From: a virus
Taxonomy: Duplodnaviria > Caudoviricetes
Reading direction: 5' to 3' (one strand)
Virus record (IMG/VR): IMGVR_UViG_3300035703_000127
Span: 1 to 52,819 of that record
Length of the DNA: 52,819 nucleotides
In this document: positions 38,136-45,160 of the stretch, piece by piece
How positions within the stretch are numbered: the first letter of the stretch is position 1
Layout of the letters: the number at the start of each line of letters is the position of its first letter
The notes under the pieces: generated by a model
Told to the model about the DNA's origin: nothing
Database searches by the model: none
The model's input: the letters and a program-made list of their open reading frames with translations, nothing else
Program-made: the position numbers and the translations under genes

Positions 38136-38633
38136 GACATGGCAACGCTCGGTGGCCCATTGCAGCGCCCACCTCTGCTTGGCACCGCAGGATTGGCTCG
38201 GCGACCCAACGCTTGGCTCGCCTTGGCTGGGCCTCTCACGGCTGGCTAGGAGGAGCTGGGATTGACCAGGCTCGGCCTCCCACTGCAGGCATGGATCGCC
38301 ATGGCTTTGCAGCGCTGGGCGGCACGACGCTCGGCATGACGCCGCTGGATAGGCAACGCCTGACGGTGCGTGGATGACGTGGCGAGGCCCGGCCCCCCAT
38401 CGCTGGATAGGCAACGCCTACCGAGGCACGGGGTGGCATGGCACGGCTGGAACCGCATGGCAAGTCGTCTCAACGATGGCGTGGCATGACCCGGCCGGCA
38501 ACGCATCCCATCGCACGGCTCGACAAGGCGACGCAAGGCGCCCCGCCGCAGGCATGGCACGGATCGGCAACGCTCCGTGAGGTATCGCAGGCGTGGCACC
38601 GCTCGCTCTGATCGGCCTCAGTGCGGCCGGCAA
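38136..38633 (+). repeat. Pentamer-periodic array (GGC-like triplet + NN) in ~10 blocks; probable non-coding RNA locus
   Basis: e.g. ggcTC ggcGA cccAA cgcTT ggcTC gccTT ggcTG ggcCT; blocks separated by 4-nt NGCH spacers at 38186, 38240, 38284, 38343, 38401, 38445, 38493, 38547, 38586, 38625. Confidence 0.8.
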
Positions 38634-38668
38634 CTGCCGATGACACCGGTTCGATTCGGACCAACACT

Positions 38669-38686
38669 GGGGGCCTGCGGGCCCCC
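38669..38686 (+). terminator. Strong hairpin closing the array
   Basis: GGGGGCC-TGCG-GGCCCCC with only a weak U-tract (TTCCCCT). Confidence 0.5.
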
Positions 38687-38705
38687 TTCCCCTATTGCTG
38701 AACCC

Positions 38706-39284
38706 ATGAGCGATCAACCCGTCTACGCCTTCTCCTACGAGGAGGCAGAAGCTGACCTGGGCGTGGATGCCCAGACCGCGGGCGCCGAGCTGGACCGCAT
38801 CCGCCGCCGCGATGGTCACATTGCCCCGGCGGTGGTGGTGGCGGAGAGCCGGCCAAAGAAGGCCCCGCTGCATCCGGCCTTTGAGTGGCGCGATGCGGTG
38901 GCGGCCGAGCGCTACCGCGAGCACCAAGCCAGCCAGCTGGTGAAGGTGGTGCGGGTGATCACGCCCCCACCGGCACGTCAGGCCAGTCCCACCACGGTGC
39001 GGGTGGAGCGGCGCCAGACCAGCGAGCCCCTGGTGGAGCGCCACGATCCCTTTGAAGCCCAGCTCAGCGAGGTGGTGGGCCAGATGGTGGAGACCGAGCG
39101 GCGGCTGGAGCAGATCAAGCTGCAGGCGCAGCGCAGCTTCGATCGGCAGCGGATGATCAGGGTGGAGGTGGCGCTCAGCGCGCTGCACGAGGCCCACGAG
39201 GCGCTGTTGGCGGCGGGCGAACGCGAGGGATGGGCCGATCTTCCCCGTGCGGCGATGGCCAGGGGCGGCGGCCGGAGGCGCTGA
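38706..39284 (+). CDS. Conserved phage protein, partner of the RAMP-like gene
   Basis: Start MSDQP at 38706; PAVVVAESRP..APLHPAFEWRDAVAAERYREHQA motif. Confidence 0.7.
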   Translation: MSDQPVYAFSYEEAEADLGVDAQTAGAELDRIRRRDGHIAPAVVVAESRPKKAPLHPAFEWRDAVAAERYREHQASQLVKVVRVITPPPARQASPTTVRVERRQTSEPLVERHDPFEAQLSEVVGQMVETERRLEQIKLQAQRSFDRQRMIRVEVALSALHEAHEALLAAGEREGWADLPRAAMARGGGRRR

Positions 39285-39316
39285 GCCTCCAGCCAGACGC
39301 GATGCCAGGGGATGGA

Positions 39317-39682
39317 TCAGGCCATGGCGGCCATCCCCTGCAGGGCCAGGGCCTGCAGCAGATCGGTGCGGCGGCCGGTGCGGGCCAGGGCCTTGAGGCC
39401 CAGCTGGCGCGCGCGGCGGCGCAGCTCACTCACCGTCAGCCCCTCCAGGGTGTCCTGGGCCAGGGCATGGAGCGGATGCACCACCGGCGGCAGGCAGCGA
39501 TCGGCCGGTATCGGCGGATCAGCCGGTGCAGCCAATACCTCGGCAGCTGGGTGCGAGGGCCCCTGCGGGGCGATGGCCAGCAGCAGGGCCACCAGGGCCA
39601 CCAGCACGGTGGCGGCGGCCTCCAGGGCCAGCCAGCTCACCAGCAGCAGCGCTTCCACCGGGTGCAGTTCGGTGCGGTTCAT
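39317..39682 (-). CDS. Membrane-anchored protein with Rho-N/SAP-like C-terminal domain
   Basis: Hydrophobic N-terminus; LEGLTVSELRRRARQLGL...RRTDLLQAL. Confidence 0.55.
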   Translation of the reverse strand: MNRTELHPVEALLLVSWLALEAAATVLVALVALLLAIAPQGPSHPAAEVLAAPADPPIPADRCLPPVVHPLHALAQDTLEGLTVSELRRRARQLGLKALARTGRRTDLLQALALQGMAAMA

Positions 39683-39893
39683 GGTCTCGGGGGCAAAGGA
39701 TTCGGCGGCCGGCGCATCGCTTCCAGCGCATCGGCCACCAGGCGGCCCCCTGGCATCGGTTGTCGAGGTTCAGCGCCCTGGGGCCCCGGGCCCGGCGGGC
39801 TGTTGTTCCGTTGCGCGAGCGGCCCAGCTGCAGGGCTTGCGGATGCGCCCCATCACCATGGCACAGGCCGGGCCGATCACGCCACCGGGATCC

Positions 39894-40103
39894 TCAGCCG
39901 TGACCGTTGGCGCGGCGGTGTTCCCGGGCCATTTCCAACAGGTGGGCGCAGAGATTGGAGGCGGAGCGGCCCTCCAGGCTGGCCTGCTCATGGATCCAGT
40001 CATGCAAGGCCTGGGGCATGGTCACGGAGATGCGATGGGGAGAACGCTGCAGGAAGGCCGCAAGAGGCGAGCTGGCGTCAAAGGGGACGTTGGAATAGGC
40101 CAT
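39894..40103 (-). CDS. Ribbon-helix-helix regulator
   Basis: RISVTMP...EQASLEGRSASNLCAHLLE. Confidence 0.75.
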   Translation of the reverse strand: MAYSNVPFDASSPLAAFLQRSPHRISVTMPQALHDWIHEQASLEGRSASNLCAHLLEMAREHRRANGHG

Positions 40104-40164
40104 GGGTCAGATCTGGCACAGGTTGGATCTAGCCGGTTCTGGTCACAACCGACATAGCTACACG

Positions 40165-40908
40165 CTAATCAGGTGCCGAATGTGTCCGGGTTGCGTCAAC
40201 GTGCGGCATGCCGGCACACAGCCGAACCCCGAAGGTTCGGGCCCAGTCCCACGCCAGCTCCTGCAGGTCCGGCCGCCCGGTGAGCGGCAGCAGCCAGATC
40301 GGCACCTCTCCGTTGCACCGGGCCTTGAGAGCGCGATCAAGCCAGCGAGCATCCTGCGGGCCCGTCACTGGCTGAATCACCTCATTGGCGCGGCGGTAAA
40401 GCCAGTCCCGCACCATCAGCCCGCCCGGTTGCTGATGTTTCGGGCTCAGGCTCACCCACACCCGACGGTCCACGCTCAGCGGCAGCACGCCACTGGTCTC
40501 CACCTGCACGCTGTAACCCCGCTCCAACAGCTGGGCGCTGAACCAGGCCAGGTCGTACAGCGCCGGCTCTCCGCCGGTGATCAGCACATGGCGGCTCTGG
40601 TAGCCCCCGATCAGCGCCAGCAGTCTGGTGCCGCTCAGCCAGCGCCAGCCCCGCTGGCCGTCCCCCCGCTCCAGGTCTTCTTCGCTGGCCTGATCCTCTT
40701 CATCGGCGATGGTCGGCTCGGGAATCCCGGCTGGCGCATTGCACCAGGGGCAGCCCACCGGGCAGCCCTGCAGCCGCAGCACCACCGCCGGGGTGCCGGC
40801 ATGGATGCCACAGGGGACCGGCTCTTCTCTCAAGCTCCAGACCGCCAGGCAGCTGTCCTGGGGCTGCAGCTGCACCGGGATGGCCGCGGTGGACGGGACC
40901 TGTTCCAT
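40165..40908 (-). CDS. queE: QueE-like radical SAM protein
   Basis: GTPAVVLRLQGCPVGCPWC, HVLITGGEP, VQVETSG, WVSLSPK; N-terminal QGEG motif absent. Confidence 0.65.
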   Translation of the reverse strand: MEQVPSTAAIPVQLQPQDSCLAVWSLREEPVPCGIHAGTPAVVLRLQGCPVGCPWCNAPAGIPEPTIADEEDQASEEDLERGDGQRGWRWLSGTRLLALIGGYQSRHVLITGGEPALYDLAWFSAQLLERGYSVQVETSGVLPLSVDRRVWVSLSPKHQQPGGLMVRDWLYRRANEVIQPVTGPQDARWLDRALKARCNGEVPIWLLPLTGRPDLQELAWDWARTFGVRLCAGMPHVDATRTHSAPD

Positions 40909-40930
40909 GGCCCAGTGTTCCGGCCGTGGC

Positions 40931-41176
40931 TTACACCTGGCGCCCTAGCCGGCGGTAGAAGCGCTGCTGCTCTTCCAGCCAGTGGCCCTGCGGGGTCCCC
41001 AGCACCAGGGAGAGCTGGAAGTCGAGCTGCGGATTGATGGGGGTGCGGTCGCTCAGCACGCGGTAGATGGCGCCACCGGAGCGGCCGACGCGCGTAGCGA
41101 ACTCCGCCTGGGTCCAGCCCCGGGCCTGGAGTTCGCGGCGCAGCAGGCCGCCGGGGCTCAGTTCAGCGACCCTCAC
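40931..41176 (-). CDS. HigA-like XRE HTH protein
   Basis: SPGGLLRRELQARGWTQAEFATRVG...LSLVLGTPQGHWLEEQ. Confidence 0.75.
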   Translation of the reverse strand: MRVAELSPGGLLRRELQARGWTQAEFATRVGRSGGAIYRVLSDRTPINPQLDFQLSLVLGTPQGHWLEEQQRFYRRLGRQV

Positions 41177-41628
41177 CGGTTCGGGAGGCGCCGGCGGACG
41201 GTGGCGGCCCCCAGGGGCCGAGAGGCGTAGTTGTTGCTGATCCGGTAGTTGTAGACGTTGCCGGTCGGCTTGTCGCTCTGATAGGAGCGCTCCTGAACCC
41301 TGAATCCGGTGCGTCCCACGCGGCGGCCATAGGCGTTGATCTTGCCAGTATCTGGGGCGTAGAGGTCGCCGCGATAGGTGCGACCCGAACCGATGAAGCT
41401 GGGCGAGATGCGCCCGCCCCAGGCCATCAGACGAGCACTTTTGGCGCCATCACCCCAGCCGTAGGAGCCTCGATTGGCGGCATCTTTGGCGATGGTGTTG
41501 CGGTAGCGACGGGTATTGCGGTCCTGGAGGATGGTGCCCGATCCGCTCGCCCCAATCCGCTTCGGGCTGAGGTTCACCCCACCACCGGCGCCGCGACCAG
41601 CACCACCCCTCGCCCCGTTGCCTGCCAT
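41173..41628 (-). CDS. Arg-rich MAGN-leader protein
   Basis: MAGNGARGGAGRGAGG leader. Confidence 0.75.
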   Translation of the reverse strand: MAGNGARGGAGRGAGGGVNLSPKRIGASGSGTILQDRNTRRYRNTIAKDAANRGSYGWGDGAKSARLMAWGGRISPSFIGSGRTYRGDLYAPDTGKINAYGRRVGRTGFRVQERSYQSDKPTGNVYNYRISNNYASRPLGAATVRRRLPNR

Positions 41629-41659
41629 CTATCTGAAAGCCATTACTCCAGGTTTCCGT

Positions 41660-42166
41660 TCAGTAGATCCAGGCCTTGTCGATCGTGGTCTCAAAGCCTG
41701 CATCGGTGCGGTAGCGAACGGTCTTGCGATTCACCCGCGTCACCACGCCGTCGCCGTAGAGGCGTGAGCGGATGCGATCACCCACAGAGCCCTTCCACTG
41801 ATTCCGCTGGGTCTGGCGTTTGCGCTCGGCGTCGCCCTTATTGGTGCTCGCCATGCGATCGAGGTTGGCGGCCCGTTCCCGCAGGCGCTCAGCACGCCTC
41901 AACGCCTCCATCGAGCGGTCGATCCCCGCTCGTGCTTTGTCTCGTTGCCGGCCCAGCCCTGGCTGCGTCCAGAAGGCGTTGTCGCCGGGTCTCCTGTGAC
42001 GGTCCCAGAGCCGCTGGGATTCCGCCTCTGCCCGGGCCGCCTGGTCACGTCGCTTCTGGGCCCGGGCTGCCCAGCGCTCCTTCTGGGTCATGGGCGCCGG
42101 CTGCTCGGCCGTGACGCTGCCGCCCGCACTGCGCGCACCCCCTTTCCGGCTGCCGTTCCCCGCCAT
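41660..42166 (-). CDS. MAGN-leader protein with DUF3560-like body
   Basis: MAGNGSRKGGARSAGG; C-terminal VGDRIRSRLYGDGVVTRVNRKTVRY. Confidence 0.7.
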   Translation of the reverse strand: MAGNGSRKGGARSAGGSVTAEQPAPMTQKERWAARAQKRRDQAARAEAESQRLWDRHRRPGDNAFWTQPGLGRQRDKARAGIDRSMEALRRAERLRERAANLDRMASTNKGDAERKRQTQRNQWKGSVGDRIRSRLYGDGVVTRVNRKTVRYRTDAGFETTIDKAWIY

Positions 42167-42196
42167 GGGCCTTCGACTGGTGCCCCAGGTTTCCGG

Positions 42197-42415
42197 CTAC
42201 TTCCGCTTGCCCGCTGCCTTCCCTTTGGCCTGGGGCTTGGGCTTGGCCTTGCCGGCCTTGGCCGCTTCGCTGAGGGCGATGGCAATGGCCTGGGCTCGGC
42301 TGCTGACCACCGGGCCAGTGCCGGGGCCTGGCTTGCCGGTGTGCAGGGTGCCGGTTTTGAACTCGTGCATCACCTGACGCATCTTCTTCTGCTGGGCGGT
42401 GGGTTTCTTGGCCAT
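42197..42415 (-). CDS. DUF6496-like small basic protein
   Basis: KMRQVMHEFKTGTLHTGK...VVSSRAQAIAIALSEA. Confidence 0.75.
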   Translation of the reverse strand: MAKKPTAQQKKMRQVMHEFKTGTLHTGKPGPGTGPVVSSRAQAIAIALSEAAKAGKAKPKPQAKGKAAGKRK

Positions 42416-42419
42416 GGGA

Positions 42420-43010
42420 TCAGGAGCGGGGAGTCCGCCGGAGGCGGCGGATGTTGTTGCCGCCGTCGGTCCCGCGCTTGCCGTTGTTGTTCAGGGCAAA
42501 GCGGATGCCAAAGGCCCTGCGCTGTCGGCCGAACTTCTCCAGGCGGGCCCGACGGCCAGCACGGGTGGCCAGGGCTGGACGGACGTTGTTGCGCGGTGTG
42601 CGGGCTTCCTTGATCTTTCCGGCCAGGTAGTCGCGAGCGCGAACAGCTGTTTCAGCCCCTTGCAGCAGCTGCCGGTAGGTACGACCGGTGCTCTCCTTAA
42701 GCGTGCGATCGGTGTAATAGCCCCCAGAGCGCTGGATGTAGGCGTTGGCCTGCGATGTGAGGCGATTGGCGCGGCGGATATTGGCGGTGTTGCGCAGGCC
42801 GGCCCTGACCAGCGGCGAGAGGGTCTTGATCTGCGAGAGCATGCGCAACTGGGCCTCGCTTCGATTGGTCCGCCGGATGTTGTTGACGGCATAGGGGGCC
42901 TTGCCGCCGGAGCCATTGATCGCGGCCAGCACGTTCTGTTCCCGCTTGCGGTCCAGGACGGCCCCACCAGCCGATCGGCCGGCACCGCCTCGACTTCCGT
43001 TACCTGCCAT
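42420..43010 (-). CDS. Arg-rich MAGN-leader protein
   Basis: MAGNGSRGGAGRSAGG leader. Confidence 0.75.
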   Translation of the reverse strand: MAGNGSRGGAGRSAGGAVLDRKREQNVLAAINGSGGKAPYAVNNIRRTNRSEAQLRMLSQIKTLSPLVRAGLRNTANIRRANRLTSQANAYIQRSGGYYTDRTLKESTGRTYRQLLQGAETAVRARDYLAGKIKEARTPRNNVRPALATRAGRRARLEKFGRQRRAFGIRFALNNNGKRGTDGGNNIRRLRRTPRS

Positions 43011-43039
43011 CGTTTCTGCCCTCCACCACAGGTTTCCGA

Positions 43040-43450
43040 TCAGTTCGCGCGGCGGCGCATGGCGTTCAGCCTTGCCATGAACTCGGCATCGCGCCGGGCC
43101 ACGCGGCGGGCCGTGAGCCGATCCTTCCCGGCCAGGTAGGCGGTCAGGTTGCCGGATCGGCGCCAGGCCCCGGGCTGCGCCATGCGCTGCTGGGCTTCCT
43201 GCAGGTTGCGCAGATTCGCCTCAGCCATGGTGATGGCGTTGCGGTCGATCCCGAAGACGTTGCGGGGCGGCTTGCGGGCGTAGGCCTCCACCTTCATCCG
43301 AGCCGCGGGGATCCGCTGCGCCACCCAGCGCCGGTCCGCGTCGGTGTACGGGACCCGCACCCCCTTGGCAATGGCATTGGCGTGCTTCCGCTCTGCCAGA
43401 GACCCGCCGGTGCCCCGGCCTGATCCACCTCGGCTTCCGTTGCCTGCCAT
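43040..43450 (-). CDS. Arg-rich MAGN-leader protein
   Basis: MAGNGSRGGSGRGTGG leader. Confidence 0.75.
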   Translation of the reverse strand: MAGNGSRGGSGRGTGGSLAERKHANAIAKGVRVPYTDADRRWVAQRIPAARMKVEAYARKPPRNVFGIDRNAITMAEANLRNLQEAQQRMAQPGAWRRSGNLTAYLAGKDRLTARRVARRDAEFMARLNAMRRRAN

Positions 43451-43453
43451 GGC

Positions 43454-43990
43454 CTACATCAGCCGACCGATGGACCGGCGCTCACGGGCGCGGTCCCTTG
43501 CGGCGCCGCTGTTGGTCGTGCGCTGGATCATCATCCGACGGCCTGGCACGGTGTCGGAGAAGCCACCCGTGAGCAGGTTGCCCTGGCCGCGGGTGGTGCC
43601 GCTCCGGCGCCCCACCAGCGTGGACTTGGCGCCTGAGCCGTAGCGGCCCTGGTAGTTCGCGGCCGAGAGCACCCGATCGGCCGTGATGCGGTAGCGGGCT
43701 GCTGCCCGGCCCTTGGTGCGGACGTTGACGCGCAGGCCGCCTTGGGCGATGGCCTTGTTCTGCTTGGCCGCCAGGCGACGGTTGGCTTCAAAGATCACCG
43801 GGTCATCCGGCGTGAGGCGGCCGCCCTTGGAGCTCAGCATGTAGTCCCGGTAGCGCCGGATGCGACTGATCGAGTCCTGCAGCGCGTTCTGGTCACCCGC
43901 AGGCGCTGCACCACCGCGCACCTTGCCCCGGGCCGTCACCGCACCGCCGGCACCGCGGCTTGCACCACCCCGTGATCCGTTGCCTGCCAT
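43454..43990 (-). CDS. Arg-rich MAGN-leader protein
   Basis: True start at 43990, MAGNGSRGGASRGAGG. Confidence 0.75.
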   Translation of the reverse strand: MAGNGSRGGASRGAGGAVTARGKVRGGAAPAGDQNALQDSISRIRRYRDYMLSSKGGRLTPDDPVIFEANRRLAAKQNKAIAQGGLRVNVRTKGRAAARYRITADRVLSAANYQGRYGSGAKSTLVGRRSGTTRGQGNLLTGGFSDTVPGRRMMIQRTTNSGAARDRARERRSIGRLM

Positions 43991-44063
43991 CTGCTCAGCC
44001 CCAGTGCCCTGGTTTGCCCAGGGCACTAAGCCATGCGGGGCATCACGCCCGCCAGGCGGGGGC

Positions 44064-44414
44064 TTATGCGCCTGCGACCCTGCGGATCCGGCGTTGGCCG
44101 GCGGGGCTGATGCCCAGGGCCCTGGCGCGACGGACGGCGCTGCTGCCGCGGCCGCTGCCGATGTTCATGGACCCACGGCTGCGAACTTCCATCGCCCCCA
44201 CGGCGAAGGCGCGACGGGCCACCTTCGTGCGGCTGTAGCGCGCGCTGTCCTGTGGCGTCATGGCCTTGTTCTTGAGCGCGGCGCTCTCAGGGCTCTCCTG
44301 CCGCATCCGGTCGTAGCGATCCGTTGCCGCACGGTAGATGCCTTGGCGCTTGGCAGCAGCCGCACTGCCACCGGCGCCGCGGCCACTGCCTGCTCGACCC
44401 CCATTGCCTGCCAT
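44064..44414 (-). CDS. Arg-rich MAGN-leader protein
   Basis: MAGNGGRAGSGRGAGG leader. Confidence 0.75.
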   Translation of the reverse strand: MAGNGGRAGSGRGAGGSAAAAKRQGIYRAATDRYDRMRQESPESAALKNKAMTPQDSARYSRTKVARRAFAVGAMEVRSRGSMNIGSGRGSSAVRRARALGISPAGQRRIRRVAGA

Positions 44415-44432
44415 GACCCTGAAGCGTTTGCC

Positions 44433-45160
44433 TCAGGTTTCCGGCTCCTCCCCACCGCCTTCCTCCAGCTCCAGGCCGTCGAGTTCCAGCAGGCCCTCCT
44501 CATCAAGCTCGCCCACATCCAGCAGCTCGGGGGTGTCGGCGTAGACGTACTTCCAGCCCTTACGGCGGTAAACCACGATCCGATCGCCGTTCTCATCCAC
44601 CAGGGGGATGATCGTCTCGCCATCGCGCACCGAGGCGTGAGCGAAGCAGCGGAAGCTGTTGGGCCCCAAGGCCTTGGCGTACACCTCATCGTTCCAGATC
44701 AGGTCCCAGAACCCCGCCACGTCCTGCTTGGGCAGCTTGCCGTCGGGGTTGGTGATGGCCCGGTAGTGCTTGGCGTTCTTGTGCCGCAGGGGTTCTGCCC
44801 AGTCCAGCTCCGGCAGCGGCTCCAGGATCTCGATGGCATCGGCCTTGCTGACGATCACAAAGCTCTCCTCATCGCCGGGCTCCAGCTCGCTGTCCACCAC
44901 GTTGATCAGCTGATGCCAGTAGGGCATCGGCCGGTCGTAGAGCTCATGCCACGGGTCGAAAAAGTCGCTGGGCTCCTCGTAGGAGGTGGAGAACACCTGC
45001 AGGCCGATCGACTTGGCGAAGGCCATGGCCTCCCGGGCGTTGGCAATGTCCATCGCATCGCCGCGCTCCCCGCAGCGCTTGATGAACTCCGGCCCCAGGG
45101 CCTTCACCTGCTTGGGGCTGAGGTTGTTTTTGAAGGTCTGGGCGAAGTACGGCACCTCAA
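44433..45160 (-). pseudogene. C-terminal half of the IS-interrupted radical SAM gene
   Basis: Removing the IS and one duplication copy restores ...GAWIEV-PYFAQTFK... in frame. Confidence 0.8.

Noticed and set aside
38130-38667. Several short ORFs over the array, and the 38577 start for the partner gene
   Set aside because: Low-complexity Arg/Cys/Pro/Ala translations expected from pentamer repeats; ATG 38706 after the hairpin is the better start
38648-38668. tRNA gene suggested by GGTTCGATTC...CCA
   Set aside because: No 5-bp T-stem, acceptor stem or anticodon arm could be built
38058-38705. Canonical CRISPR array
   Set aside because: No constant 25-45 nt direct repeat with spacers; only one 19-mer occurs twice and the periodicity is 5 nt
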